Translations under genes and position numbers: made by a program
Notes under the pieces: generated by a model
Told to the model about the DNA's origin: nothing
The model's database searches: none
The model's input: only the letters and a program-made list of their open reading frames with translations
Shown here: piece after piece, positions 1 through 9,947 of the stretch
How the letters are laid out: each line of letters begins with the position of its first letter
Numbering within the stretch: position 1 is the stretch's first letter
Origin: Syntrophorhabdaceae bacterium
Lineage (GTDB): Bacteria > Desulfobacterota > Syntrophorhabdia > Syntrophorhabdales > Syntrophorhabdaceae
Length of the DNA stretch: 64,000 nucleotides
NCBI GenBank assembly: GCA_963666485.2
Contig: CAXXUO010000001.1
Span: 224,001 to 288,000, forward strand
Reading direction: 5' to 3'

Positions 1-771
1 CAGGGGGTATGCCGATGCCCTGTCGTCCTGCCCGTATGCCCCGACCATGCTCCGGTCAAGGCCGACATCGCGTGCCTTGAACGCCGGGACCACCTCGATC
101 TCGGCTGTAATAAAATCGTCCTCGGTCATGCCGTACCTGTCGTTCAGCAATTTCAGGATGTACTGCTTTACCGGCTCCTTATCAGCCCCTGCAAGGGGAA
201 GGGATCCAAAAAGGACGATGAGCTTTTCGCCCTCGATCGCCTCGGACAGCTTCTTTTCGCCCTGTGTCTTGCGCGACAGGTGGGGCAAAAGGTCATCGAT
301 GATGAAGACCGGGTCGTCGCTGTCCTCGCCGATGCATATGTCAACGGCTGTGCCGTCCGCCTTTATCACGATCCCGTGCAGTGCAAGCGGGGCCGCAACC
401 CACTGATATTTCTTTATGCCCCCGTAATAATGGGTCCTGAGCAGTGCGAGGTCCACATCTTCGTAGAGGGGGTTCTGCTTGAGATCGAGCCTCGGCGCAT
501 CGATATGCGCAACAATGATGTTGAGTCCTTCAACGATATCGGAAGACCCGCGTACAAATGCCATCACCGTTTTGTTCCGGTTGACCGCAAATACCCGCTC
601 CTGTGAGGGGTCCACATCAAACCCGCTCTGCGACAGGGCGGCTGTAATGCACCGGACCGCCTCACGCTCGGTTTTCCCCCTGTCGAGAAAATCCTTGTAG
701 CCTTCCGAGAAGTTGTAGATGGTCCTGATCTCTTGCTTCGATTTCGATTTCCAGCCGGATTGTCTTTGCAT
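1..771 (-). CDS. M18-family aminopeptidase (3' part runs off the window)
   Basis: Manual translation from ATG 771: MQRQSGWK...FLDRGKTERE...IVAHIDAPRLDLKQNPLYED...THYYGGIKKYQW, typical M18 motifs; AAGGA RBS; absent from the ORF track because it has no stop in the window. Confidence 0.9.
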   Translation of the reverse strand, partial: MQRQSGWKSKSKQEIRTIYNFSEGYKDFLDRGKTEREAVRCITAALSQSGFDVDPSQERVFAVNRNKTVMAFVRGSSDIVEGLNIIVAHIDAPRLDLKQNPLYEDVDLALLRTHYYGGIKKYQWVAAPLALHGIVIKADGTAVDICIGEDSDDPVFIIDDLLPHLSRKTQGEKKLSEAIEGEKLIVLFGSLPLAGADKEPVKQYILKLLNDRYGMTEDDFITAEIEVVPAFKARDVGLDRSMVGAYGQDDRASAYPL

Positions 772-832
772 GAGGTCCTTTCAGGGTATCAGAATAGCGC
801 AGGTCGCGTCAACCGGGCTTCGCGTACATATA

Positions 833-1187
833 TGGTGGAGGCGGTGGGAATCGAACCCACGTCCAGAAAAGAAGGCGTCAGACAGACTACATGCTTAGTC
901 AGCGTATTAGATCTTAAACACCATGGCACCCGCTGACGAGTTCCCTGCTGTTCCAGCCTATAAGGTTTCGCCCGGCACTATAGGCGTCCCGCCGGACTAT
1001 CCCGCTAAGAATGACACCATGCACGGACCTGGAAGCGGGAGGAAGGCCCGGATGATGTGGCTGCTCTAGGCAGCCAGTGCGTAGTCGTATGACTCTGCAG
1101 TTGTGTTTAGTTCCGCTTGGGTACGGGTAAGCAGTAACCCGGCATGCCTCTCTGGCCCTTGCATCCCTGTCGAAGCCTGTCGCCCCC
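833..1187 (-). ncRNA. ssrA: tmRNA
   Basis: 5' GGGGGCGACAGGCTTCGAC, 3' T-arm GTGGGTTCGATTCCCAC plus CTCCACCA end; internal tag ORF; directly downstream of smpB. Confidence 0.96.
1066..1098 (-). other. tmRNA proteolysis tag reading frame (A)AESYDYALAA*
   Basis: GCA GAG TCA TAC GAC TAC GCA CTG GCT GCC TAG; canonical YALAA end. Confidence 0.9.
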
Positions 1188-1188
1188 T

Positions 1189-1635
1189 TTATCGTATTCT
1201 TTCCTCGCGCTCCATAAGACGTTTCTCGTCCTTGCGCCTGATTCCCTCTCTTTTATCGTAAAGTGTCTTGCCCTTGGCCAGCGCCAGTTCCATCTTGGCT
1301 CTGTTCCGTTTGTCAAAATAGAGGGAAAGGGGGACCAGCGTGTACCCCCGTTCTTTTACCTTACCGATGAGTCGCATGATCTCCCGCTTGTGCATGAGCA
1401 GCTTGCGGGTCCTTTTCGGCTCGTGATTGTAGATGTTCCCGCACGAATAGGGTGTTATATGGGCGTTAACGAGGAACACTTCGCCGTCCTTGACCTTTGC
1501 GTAGCTCTCCTTGAGGTTCGCCCGCCCTTCACGGAGCGACTTCACCTCGGTCCCTGTCAGCACGAGCCCCGTCTCGAATTTCTCCTCGATATGGTACTCG
1601 TGATAAGCCTTCCTGTTCGTGCAAATAACCTTCAT
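1189..1635 (-). CDS. smpB: SsrA-binding protein
   Basis: NRKAYHEY, GLVLTGTEVKSLREG, RKLLMHKREI, KGKTLYDKRE. Confidence 0.98.
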   Translation of the reverse strand: MKVICTNRKAYHEYHIEEKFETGLVLTGTEVKSLREGRANLKESYAKVKDGEVFLVNAHITPYSCGNIYNHEPKRTRKLLMHKREIMRLIGKVKERGYTLVPLSLYFDKRNRAKMELALAKGKTLYDKREGIRRKDEKRLMEREERIR

Positions 1636-1686
1636 CGCCTATAATATAACACATTTACAGGCGAAAAAGAAGGGCAGCCGAAAGGC

Positions 1687-1863
1687 GGTTCAAGGTTCAA
1701 GGTTCAAGGTTCAATGCTATTTTTTTACTTGAACTTTGAACTTTCAACCTTGAACTGGTTCAGGTTCCTATTATCGGGAGTTCAATGATGAACTTCAGCC
1801 AAAAAGTCGTCCCGGTTTCAATGTTCGATGCTATTTTTTTCCTTGAACCTTGAACCTTGAACC
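1687..1863. repeat. Inverted heptamer arrays (GGTTCAA)4 / (TTGAACY)4 plus (TTGAACC)3
   Basis: Units at 1687-1714, 1729-1756 (one degenerate) and 1843-1863. Confidence 0.9.
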
Positions 1864-1867
1864 TTCT

Positions 1868-4003
1868 TTAAGTTTCGATTATCGGGAGTTCGATGATGAA
1901 CTTCGCTCCGCGCGGCTTGTTGTCTTCTACCCGTATCTTGCCGTGGTGCTCGAGGATGATCGAATGGACAATGGCGAGACCGAGACCTGTGCCGTCCTTT
2001 TCTTTCGTGAAATACGGGTCGAACACTTTTTCCTTGTCCTCGTCCGCGATGCCTTTGCCGGTATCTGCAAATTCTATGATGCCGGTATGCTTCGGTACAT
2101 CGAACCGTGTACTGACGGCGATGCTCCCCGCGCCGCCCTCCATCGCCTTGACGGCATTTGTTACCAGGTTGATGAATGCCCTTTTCAGGGCCTCACGGTC
2201 GACACGGACACGGGGCATGTTCTTCGGGCTAAAGGTTATCGAGACGCCCTGGTAGAGATTGCGGTAAAGATCGAGGGTTTCCTCTACAATAGCGTTGAGG
2301 TCCTCCGATGTCTTCGCCTGGGACGTATGCGTTAACTTCGTAAGCTCATTGACTATTTCCTTGATATCATCGACGGAGCGTATGATGACGGAGGTGGTTT
2401 GATCGAGGACTTCCTTTTCGTTTCCCGATGAATTGCTCATGATCTTCCTGCGGATACGCTGGGCCGAGAGGATAATGGGCGTCAGCGGGTTTTTGATCTC
2501 GTGCGTCAGTTTGCGCGCGATCTCCTGCCAGGTAGCAAGTTTTTCCGCCCGGACAACATGGGTTATGTCATCGAAGGCAATAATATATCCGGCGACCTTC
2601 CCGGCTTCATCCTTGAGGGCGGTCAATGACGCCCGAAGATATGTCACGTCCTTCTTCAGGTTGAGCCTTAAGTCCATCGTGATGCTTTCATCGCCCGCGG
2701 CCTTTACCTCTTTCAGGAAAGATTTTGTCAGTGTCCGGAAATCATTCCCGAATATCTCCCGCAACGACATCCCGTCGAGACTTTCCTGCTCCACACCCAG
2801 GATATGCCGTGCTGCATTGTTTCCGAGGCGGATGACCCCTTTTTTATCCGTAGATATAATGCCCGCAGCCACATTGTTGAGGACGAATTCGAGAGAGCGG
2901 CTTTTGCTTTCGATCTCGTCCTTCGCTACCTTGAGTTCCCTCGCCATGCTGTTGAACGCCCTGACAAGGGTGCTTATCTCGTCCTCTCCGCGCTCCTCGA
3001 GGTTGATATCGAATTTACCCTTCGCGATGATGGCCGCACCTTCTTTCATCTTCTCGATGGGAACGGTTATCTCGGTGGCCATTTTTATCCCGACCCAGAG
3101 TGAAACGAATATCGTCAGTATCGTTATCAGGAAAAGCGGGATGATGAAGCTGTACTTGAGCACTTTCTTGAAGACCCGGGATTCCTTGAATTCCTTGCTG
3201 GTCACGGCGATCTGCTTCATGCGTTCCGTGCCCTTCATCTTGATCATATCGCCCAGAAGAAGAAGCGGATAAGGCGAATTCACGTCCTGTGTGTCCGTCC
3301 GGATGCGCAGGCCCACGACGAGCATTTCACCCCCGTCGACCGGGATGATCTCCCGCGACACGCCGGAGCCCGACAGGGCCTTGAGCCGTGAACGGATGGC
3401 CTGGTCCGAACTGTCGGAACCGCTGGCCCTGATGATCTTGCCGGTCGCCGGGTCATAAACGGCCAGGTAGCTCAGGACATGCCATGTCTCGTACCGGTCG
3501 AGAAAATTCTTCAATTCCTTTTCATCGGCGATCATGTCCTTCTTCTGGATCTGTTCCGCCATCCGCGTCCCGATCCTCATGTGGCGCTGGAAGATCTCCT
3601 CGTAATGGAACTGGGACAGTTCGAGTGCACTTTCCAAAGTGTCCTCTACCTGCTGGCTGAACCAGCGGTCCATGGACACGTAAAAGAAGCCCGTCGCCAG
3701 TATGAAAAGGGTGAATGACGGGACGATCGATATAAAAAGGAGTGTGGATGTCAGCCTTTTCTTAAGGTCGGACCCCCAGATGCCCCTCTTTTTCTCGATG
3801 TAGGCCTTGAGAACGATGCGCGTGATGAGGAAAAGAAGGAGCAGTATCAGAAGAAGATTTAAGTTGAGGACAACGACGAGGAGCTTGTTTTCCCAGACCG
3901 GGAAGAATCTCGCGAAATTCGGGAGATTCGTTTCGAGCAGGACGAGTGCCCCGAAAACGACCAGGATGCCTATTATGAATGAGAGTTCTTTCTTAAATTT
4001 CAT
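1868..4003 (-). CDS. NtrY-like sensor histidine kinase (TM, HAMP, PAS, HisKA, HATPase)
   Basis: WQEIARKLTHEIKNPLTPI H-box, NLVTNA, DTGKG, GTGLGL; DRWFS periplasmic start typical of NtrY. Confidence 0.9.
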   Translation of the reverse strand: MKFKKELSFIIGILVVFGALVLLETNLPNFARFFPVWENKLLVVVLNLNLLLILLLLFLITRIVLKAYIEKKRGIWGSDLKKRLTSTLLFISIVPSFTLFILATGFFYVSMDRWFSQQVEDTLESALELSQFHYEEIFQRHMRIGTRMAEQIQKKDMIADEKELKNFLDRYETWHVLSYLAVYDPATGKIIRASGSDSSDQAIRSRLKALSGSGVSREIIPVDGGEMLVVGLRIRTDTQDVNSPYPLLLLGDMIKMKGTERMKQIAVTSKEFKESRVFKKVLKYSFIIPLFLITILTIFVSLWVGIKMATEITVPIEKMKEGAAIIAKGKFDINLEERGEDEISTLVRAFNSMARELKVAKDEIESKSRSLEFVLNNVAAGIISTDKKGVIRLGNNAARHILGVEQESLDGMSLREIFGNDFRTLTKSFLKEVKAAGDESITMDLRLNLKKDVTYLRASLTALKDEAGKVAGYIIAFDDITHVVRAEKLATWQEIARKLTHEIKNPLTPIILSAQRIRRKIMSNSSGNEKEVLDQTTSVIIRSVDDIKEIVNELTKLTHTSQAKTSEDLNAIVEETLDLYRNLYQGVSITFSPKNMPRVRVDREALKRAFINLVTNAVKAMEGGAGSIAVSTRFDVPKHTGIIEFADTGKGIADEDKEKVFDPYFTKEKDGTGLGLAIVHSIILEHHGKIRVEDNKPRGAKFIIELPIIET

Positions 4004-4013
4004 AAAGTGACCT

Positions 4014-4100
4014 GGCGATGGGCGACGGGCGATGGGCGATGGGGAACGCCCATTCCCTGCATATTTCTTTCCTATCGCCTATTGCCCATTGCCTATCGCC
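4014..4100. repeat. Inverted heptamer arrays (GGCGAYG)4 / (YATYGCC)4
   Basis: Left arm 4014-4041, right arm 4073-4100, between pgeF stop and kinase start. Confidence 0.9.
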
Positions 4101-4105
4101 TGTCT

Positions 4106-4870
4106 TCATTTTATTCCAACAAAATTTATCTGCCGTTCGTTGCGGGCACCTCTCCGGTATGAAGCAAAAAGCGGGTCTTCGGAACAGAACGTGCATAATC
4201 CCGTATCGAGGATAGTATGAACACCCGACTCCGTCAAAAGCCAGGTGTTTGCATCTTTCAGGTCAAGATAGGTTGCGCCATCCTTGTCGTGAAATATATT
4301 TTCAGGGAAACCTTCACCGAGGAATGCCTCTTTTACCTCCGCCCCCACGGTATAGCAGCAGCCACGGATCGACGGGCCGAGGAGCGCAATGATGCGCGAA
4401 GGCGCGGCTCCCCGCTCCGACATCGCGGTGACGGCATCCGTCGTGATGCGCCCGAGAGTACCCCGCCACCCGGCATGGATTATTGCTGCCATGGGAAAAG
4501 CAAGGTCTACAAGGACGATGCTCATGCAATCGGCCGTTTTAATGACCCCCGCAATCCCGGGTTTGTAAAGCAGGATCCCGTCCCCCGTTTCCGGCCGGTC
4601 ATTGGGTCCCACCGCGTGGATAGTATTTCCATGCTCCTGGTGAAGCGTAACAGAACGCTCAAGGGAAAACATATCGAGAAATACCCGGGTTTCCTTATCG
4701 TCCAGTAACGAGGGGCAGGCCCGCGTGAAAAATCCATGGATGATTCCCCGCGCCGTCAACTCAGGGACGTGACAGTATTCCCAGCCATTCTTTCTTTCCC
4801 GGGCAAATTCCCATGCCGGAGGTGTCACATTTCTGTGATCCATGTTGTAGTTTACGGATTTTTTAGGCAT
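4106..4870 (-). CDS. pgeF: Peptidoglycan editing factor / YfiH laccase-domain protein
   Basis: HGFFTR, QEHG, KTADC, HAGWRG, GPSI..CCY, CTFC, SYRR motifs; next to rluD. Confidence 0.92.
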   Translation of the reverse strand: MPKKSVNYNMDHRNVTPPAWEFARERKNGWEYCHVPELTARGIIHGFFTRACPSLLDDKETRVFLDMFSLERSVTLHQEHGNTIHAVGPNDRPETGDGILLYKPGIAGVIKTADCMSIVLVDLAFPMAAIIHAGWRGTLGRITTDAVTAMSERGAAPSRIIALLGPSIRGCCYTVGAEVKEAFLGEGFPENIFHDKDGATYLDLKDANTWLLTESGVHTILDTGLCTFCSEDPLFASYRRGARNERQINFVGIK

Positions 4871-5819
4871 TTTGTCTACGATGTTTTTCCGCGAACTTGT
4901 TCATATCGGCAGGGACGGGTGCCTCGATCTTTACCGCGGCCCCGGTTACCGGGTGAATGAACTCTATGCGATATGCATGAAGAAGGGGCCTTGGCTCCAG
5001 CTTTTTGGCTTTTCTTCCATATGTCTCGTCGCCGACGACCGGAAAGCCGGCATGGCTCAAGTGAACGCGTATCTGGTGCGTTCTTCCTGTCGCGGGATAC
5101 GCCTCGACAAGGGAAAATCCCTCGAGGCGTTCCACGACCTTAAAACCGGTCGTAGCGTTCCTGCCGCCTGACGTGAGAACCGTCATCTTCTTCCTGTCCA
5201 CCGGGTGGCGGCCAATATTCCCGTCGACGGTCAAAACGTCCCAGGCCGGAATTCCCTCGACAATGGCCCGGTAGGTCTTTTTGACCTCCCTGTCCTTGAA
5301 CAATCCCGACAATCTTTCCTGTGTCCTTGAATCGCGGGCGATAAGTATGACACCCGTCGTGCCCTTGTCGAGTCGATGGACGATCCCCGGCCGCATCCCC
5401 GTCGTCCCGTCTTTATTGCCCTCTTCTCCCGTGGAACTTGAAACGTGGAACTTGAAACTATCTTTATTGAGGTATCCCAGTACCGCATTTACCAGCGTTC
5501 CCGAGTTGTGGCCGAAAGACGGGTGGACAACCATATCTGCAGGTTTGTCGATGGCGAGAAAATAATTGTCTTCGTAGAGAATGGAAAGAGGGATCTCCTC
5601 CGGGGCAAGATCGACCGGCTCTTCATCCGGGATATCACCGGCAATTTCGGCGCCTGCCTTCAGGCGCATCGACGGCTTGGGAATTTTGCCGGCCACCCGG
5701 ACATGGCCTCCGTCTATCATTTCTTTGATCTTTGTCCGTGTCAGGGTTAATTGCTCGGAGAGGAAAACGTCGAGCCTGATATCGTTTTGTTCGCAGGTGA
5801 TCGTGAAACTATGGGGCAT
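4863..5819 (-). CDS. rluD: RluA-family 23S rRNA pseudouridine synthase
   Basis: N-terminal S4 domain (RLDVFLS), KPADMVVHP, GIVHRLDKGTTG, TGRTHQIRVH. Confidence 0.93.
   Translation of the reverse strand: MPHSFTITCEQNDIRLDVFLSEQLTLTRTKIKEMIDGGHVRVAGKIPKPSMRLKAGAEIAGDIPDEEPVDLAPEEIPLSILYEDNYFLAIDKPADMVVHPSFGHNSGTLVNAVLGYLNKDSFKFHVSSSTGEEGNKDGTTGMRPGIVHRLDKGTTGVILIARDSRTQERLSGLFKDREVKKTYRAIVEGIPAWDVLTVDGNIGRHPVDRKKMTVLTSGGRNATTGFKVVERLEGFSLVEAYPATGRTHQIRVHLSHAGFPVVGDETYGRKAKKLEPRPLLHAYRIEFIHPVTGAAVKIEAPVPADMNKFAEKHRRQNA
5430..5457. repeat. Heptamer-pair repeat (CGTGGAA CTTGAAA)2 inside rluD
   Basis: Direct 14-mer duplication encoding SFKFHVSSST; same units as intergenic arrays at 10618 and 35591. 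Confidence 0.8.
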
Positions 5820-7206
5820 CCGTATAAACCGAGGCTATTGCTTCAATAAGGTCTTTTTCGTCGTGCGCAAGGACCGTTCTCATGTCGAATATCAATCTTT
5901 CTTTTTCGATCCTGGCAATAACGGGGACCGGGCGGTCCCTCAAGCGCTTTTCGAAGGCATCGGCTGTTATAGCGGACGGGACAATGGCGATCGCCGAGGA
6001 AGGTATGACCATATCGGGAAAGCTGCCGCCTCCTACCTCCGATCCTGTGTGGACCACCGATATATCGGCACCCGGACACCGTTTCTTCAGGACCGATGCG
6101 AGACGCCGGGCCCTTTTGTCGAGGTTGTCCCTGGATTCGGATATCATTGCGATAGTCGGAATTTTCCGTGCAGCCGACGCTGCATCGAGGCATAAGAGGA
6201 GGGTTGCCTCAAGGCCCGCAAGGGTGAATTTGTCCGGTCTCAATGCCCTTGTTATCGGGTTGCGCTTTATGACATCTATGCATTCCTCTTTGCCGAGGAT
6301 TATTCCCGCCTGGGGGGCGCCTAAGAGCTTGTCACCGCTAAACGATATAACATCGAACCCAGTCTTCAGCTCCTCGGATATTATCGGCTCGCCCGTGTGG
6401 CCAAGGCTCTCGTGGGCATGGAAAAGCCCGCTGCCCGTGTCGAAATATGTCGGGATGCCATACCTCGCACCCAATCCCACCAATTCGCCCGAAGACGCTT
6501 CATGCGTGAAACCGCGTACACGGTAGTTGCTCGTATGGGCCTTCATGATGAGGCCCGTGTTGTCCCCGATCGCACGTTCGAAGTCTTCGATGTAGGTCCT
6601 GTTTGTCGTACCGACTTCCTTTAAGATTGCGCCGCTCTTTTTCATGACATCGGGTATCCTGAACGATCCGCCGATCTCTATGAGTTCGCCGCGCGAGATA
6701 ATGACCTCCTTGCCTTCTGCCAGGGCATTGAGGATGAGGAATACCGCTCCGGCGTTATTGTTCACCACAAGCGCATCCCCGGCAGACGTGAGCCTTTTCA
6801 AGACCGACGTACAGTGGTCATACCTGCTGCCGCGCACCCCTGTCACGAGGTTGTATTCGAGGTTGCAATACCCTGTTGCAACCTTCATGATGGCGTTCAC
6901 CGCTTCTTCGACGAGCACGGACCTGCCGAGGTTTGTATGGATTATCACTCCCGTCGCGTTTATAACACGTTTGAGGTGCGGCTCGACAAGGGCCTGGGCG
7001 AGGCGGGAGACCTCATCGACGATCGTATCAATGCCCGGCACCGCGACGGCGCGACCAGTCTTGATACCGGAACGAAGGGAATCGAGATATTCACGCAGGA
7101 CATCTTTCAGGATTGTTTCCGGGAAGCGAGCCTCGAGCTTCTTGAAACCCGGGTTCACAAGTATGGCATCGACCTTCGGTATCTTCCGCAACGGGTTGTC
7201 TGGCAT
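5809..7206 (-). CDS. selA: L-seryl-tRNA(Sec) selenium transferase
   Basis: VINATGVIIHTNLGRS, VNNNAGA, SRGELIEIGGSFRIPD, FSGDKLLG.PQAG. Confidence 0.97.
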   Translation of the reverse strand: MPDNPLRKIPKVDAILVNPGFKKLEARFPETILKDVLREYLDSLRSGIKTGRAVAVPGIDTIVDEVSRLAQALVEPHLKRVINATGVIIHTNLGRSVLVEEAVNAIMKVATGYCNLEYNLVTGVRGSRYDHCTSVLKRLTSAGDALVVNNNAGAVFLILNALAEGKEVIISRGELIEIGGSFRIPDVMKKSGAILKEVGTTNRTYIEDFERAIGDNTGLIMKAHTSNYRVRGFTHEASSGELVGLGARYGIPTYFDTGSGLFHAHESLGHTGEPIISEELKTGFDVISFSGDKLLGAPQAGIILGKEECIDVIKRNPITRALRPDKFTLAGLEATLLLCLDAASAARKIPTIAMISESRDNLDKRARRLASVLKKRCPGADISVVHTGSEVGGGSFPDMVIPSSAIAIVPSAITADAFEKRLRDRPVPVIARIEKERLIFDMRTVLAHDEKDLIEAIASVYTDAP

Positions 7207-7241
7207 AGCTTTAGTTATTTTCTACCATATGGAGGGATGCG

Positions 7242-9281
7242 TCAACAGGTAATTTCCACCTTCGCGTCGACGATAACGCACCCTTTCCCCTCATCGTTCA
7301 CGATAACGGGGTTTATGTCCAGGCTGGTTATGTGCGGATTTTCAATGAGAAGCTGCGACACCCGGACGATAACGTCCTCGAGGGCATGGATGTCGGCCGG
7401 TCTCTTCCCGCGTGCACCTTTGAGAATCGCGGAGCCTTTGAGCTCATCGACCATGCTCCGGGCGTTTTCTTTGTCGACAGGTGCCACGCGGATCGACCGG
7501 TCTGCCATGATCTCGACATAGACCCCTCCGAGCCCGCAGACGATGACCGGCCCGAATTCATTATCGAAACGACCTCCGATGATCATTTCAAAACCGGGGG
7601 CGGCCATCTTCTGGATAACACAGCGAACCGGGCCCAGCTGTTCAAAGGCATCGACCAGTTCTTTCTCGTCCCTGATGTCAAGGTATACGCCTTTCTCTTC
7701 GGATTTATGGAGGACGGACGGGTCAGCCAGCTTCAATGCTACCGGATAACCAAGCTGTCCCGCGGCGGCAACAAGTTTTTCCCGGTTTTCCACGATATTG
7801 TAGCGTGCGACAGGAAGCCCGGATCGCTCGAGCAGGGAGAAGCATTCGTCGGGGCCCAGAAACCTCCGTCCCGCCCTGGCATCACACCGTATCTTTCCCG
7901 GGTACTTGTAGGAAAAGTGTTTTCCCCGCCCCCTTGCCTCATAATGCCTCAGGGACCAGGACAGGGCCTTGAGCGCCTGGTCAACGTCAGTAAAGACCGG
8001 AACGTCCGCCGCTTCCTTTATTGCAAACCACTCCGCCCGATTGGTCACAACGCACAAGGCGACCGGCTTATCATAGTTCGGGATGATCGCGGAGGCAAAC
8101 TTAAGAAAATTCCGCACCTTTCCGCCATCGCTTTCCGAACTGTAGGTAACGACGAACACGATCCCGTCCACGTTCTCTTCCTTAAGTGCCATCTCGAGGA
8201 TCGGGCAATAGTCATCGAGATCGTAGACATCGCCGATATCCAGCGGGTTCGTGGCGGCGATAACGTTCAGTTTCTTCGCATGGATACCGGAGAAGAAACC
8301 ATCCGAAAATACGGCAAAATCAAAACCGTACCGTTTCGCGGCGTCAGCGCAGAGTACACCATGACCGCCGGAGCGGGAGATGAGGGCCAGCCTTTTGCCT
8401 TTGAGCACGGGAAGGCTGAATATCTTGAATGAGTCCACCATCTCCTGAAAATTCGTGACCCGGATGATCCCCGCCTGCCTCATGGCGGCCTCTGCCACAT
8501 CGTCGTCACCCGCAAGCGCCGTGGTATGGAATTTGGCGATCTCGCCGCTCGATGGACTTCTGTTCGCCTTGAGCATGACGGCCGGTTTGGGGCTTGATGC
8601 GGCCAGCGCCATCAATTTCCGCCCGTCCGAGAAATTTTCGAGGTAGAGCCCGACAACACGTGTCCCGTCATCCTTCATGACGTATTCAAGGACATCGTTC
8701 TCGTCCGTCATCAGTTTGTTGCCGATGCTGACAAGCTTTCTCAGGCCAACATTTTCGACGGAGCACAGCATGCACGTGTCATAAAAGACGCCGCCGCTCT
8801 GCGAAATAAGGGAGGCCGAACCTTTTTTCATATAATCAGGGTCTATGATGAAAAAAGGAAGCACAACCCCGGCTTCGAGGTTGACGACGCCGAAGCAATT
8901 GGGGCCCACTATTCTCATGCCGTACCGTTCGGCCGCAAGAAGAACAGCCCCTTCGAGCCCGAGCCGCTCTCCCGAGAATTCGGTGAAGCCTCCCGATTCC
9001 AGGATCACGTTCCGTATGCCCTTTTTCCCGCACATCTCGACCGCCTGAGGTGCATAACGGGCGGGCACAAGTATGACCGCAAGGTCGGGAACACCGGGAA
9101 CCGTATCGAGGTCCTTCAGTATCTTCCTGCCGGCGACGACACCGCCGCGCGCACCGACGGGATACACGTCGCCGCGAAAGCCAAAGCGGGCAAGATTCTC
9201 GACAATGACACGCGCAAGGTTGCCCGGTGTATCGGAAACGCCGAATACTGCTATGCTTTCTGGATAGAAGAATTTTTCCAT
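7242..9281 (-). CDS. ADP-forming acyl/acetyl-CoA synthetase, fused alpha+beta
   Basis: FFYPESIAVFG, GPNCFG, SQSGG, HTTALAG phospho-His, NPLDI; C-terminal ATP-grasp (HKSE, FGPVI, DINP). Confidence 0.9.
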   Translation of the reverse strand: MEKFFYPESIAVFGVSDTPGNLARVIVENLARFGFRGDVYPVGARGGVVAGRKILKDLDTVPGVPDLAVILVPARYAPQAVEMCGKKGIRNVILESGGFTEFSGERLGLEGAVLLAAERYGMRIVGPNCFGVVNLEAGVVLPFFIIDPDYMKKGSASLISQSGGVFYDTCMLCSVENVGLRKLVSIGNKLMTDENDVLEYVMKDDGTRVVGLYLENFSDGRKLMALAASSPKPAVMLKANRSPSSGEIAKFHTTALAGDDDVAEAAMRQAGIIRVTNFQEMVDSFKIFSLPVLKGKRLALISRSGGHGVLCADAAKRYGFDFAVFSDGFFSGIHAKKLNVIAATNPLDIGDVYDLDDYCPILEMALKEENVDGIVFVVTYSSESDGGKVRNFLKFASAIIPNYDKPVALCVVTNRAEWFAIKEAADVPVFTDVDQALKALSWSLRHYEARGRGKHFSYKYPGKIRCDARAGRRFLGPDECFSLLERSGLPVARYNIVENREKLVAAAGQLGYPVALKLADPSVLHKSEEKGVYLDIRDEKELVDAFEQLGPVRCVIQKMAAPGFEMIIGGRFDNEFGPVIVCGLGGVYVEIMADRSIRVAPVDKENARSMVDELKGSAILKGARGKRPADIHALEDVIVRVSQLLIENPHITSLDINPVIVNDEGKGCVIVDAKVEITC

Positions 9282-9373
9282 ATTGGTCCTTCGAATTACG
9301 GGTAATCGAAAGCATCGTTAGTATAACGCCGGAACCCCTTAAAAAACAAGGATTAACGGCCGTATACCCAAGG

Positions 9374-9402
9374 TTGACAAGACCTCCCCCATTTGCTACA
9401 TT
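9374..9402 (+). promoter_or_regulatory. sigma70 promoter
   Basis: TTGACA-17 nt-TACATT with TGn extension, upstream of the 9455 gene. Confidence 0.7.
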
Positions 9403-9454
9403 TCGAAGGTGATGGTCTTTTCAGACATTTCAAACCAACCATAACGGAGACCCC

Positions 9455-9919
9455 ATGACAAAAGTTGAGCATGCGTTGTCACTCTTTCAAAACGGCTTCA
9501 ATTGCTCTCAGGCCGTTTTTTCATCATTCGCCGAAGACCTGGGGTTGCCTGAAGAAAAAGCACTTATGATCGCAAGCGGTTTCGGCGCGGGAATGGGAAG
9601 GATGTCCCGTACGTGCGGGGCCGTGGCGGGGGCCTTCATGGTGCTCGGCTTAAAGGAAGGCTTTTCCTCCGGTGGCAACAAAGGGTCCAAAGAGATGATC
9701 TACCGGCTTGTCCGTGAATTGAGCGATGCGTTCGCCGCCGCTCACGGTTCCATTGAATGCCGTGAACTGCTCGGTCTCGATATCTCGACACCAGACGGCT
9801 ATAAGCAGGCGGCGGATTCCGGGATATTCCGCGACAAGTGCCCCCGATTCGTGCAGCAGGCCGTCGAAATAACGGAAAAAATGCTTGGTTTGCAACCTAA
9901 AAAATGTGATACAAACTGA
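9455..9919 (+). CDS. C_GCAxxG_C_C family putative redox protein
   Basis: FNCSQAV, GFGAGMG..TCGAVAG, IECRELL, KCPRFV. Confidence 0.88.
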   Translation: MTKVEHALSLFQNGFNCSQAVFSSFAEDLGLPEEKALMIASGFGAGMGRMSRTCGAVAGAFMVLGLKEGFSSGGNKGSKEMIYRLVRELSDAFAAAHGSIECRELLGLDISTPDGYKQAADSGIFRDKCPRFVQQAVEITEKMLGLQPKKCDTN

Positions 9920-9947
9920 CAAATCGGTGATATACTTAGAAAGGATC

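Noticed and set aside
780..840. Island integrated at the tmRNA 3' end
   Set aside because: A housekeeping aminopeptidase follows directly; no integrase or duplicated att seen
5809..7206. Selenoprotein genes near selA
   Set aside because: No in-frame TGA at a catalytic Cys position noticed in the redox genes; the C_GCAxxG gene TGA is followed by another stop within a few codons
9408..9454. Fluoride riboswitch (GGTGATGG...AAACC)
   Set aside because: P1 partner and the conserved GCTGATGAC segment are missing
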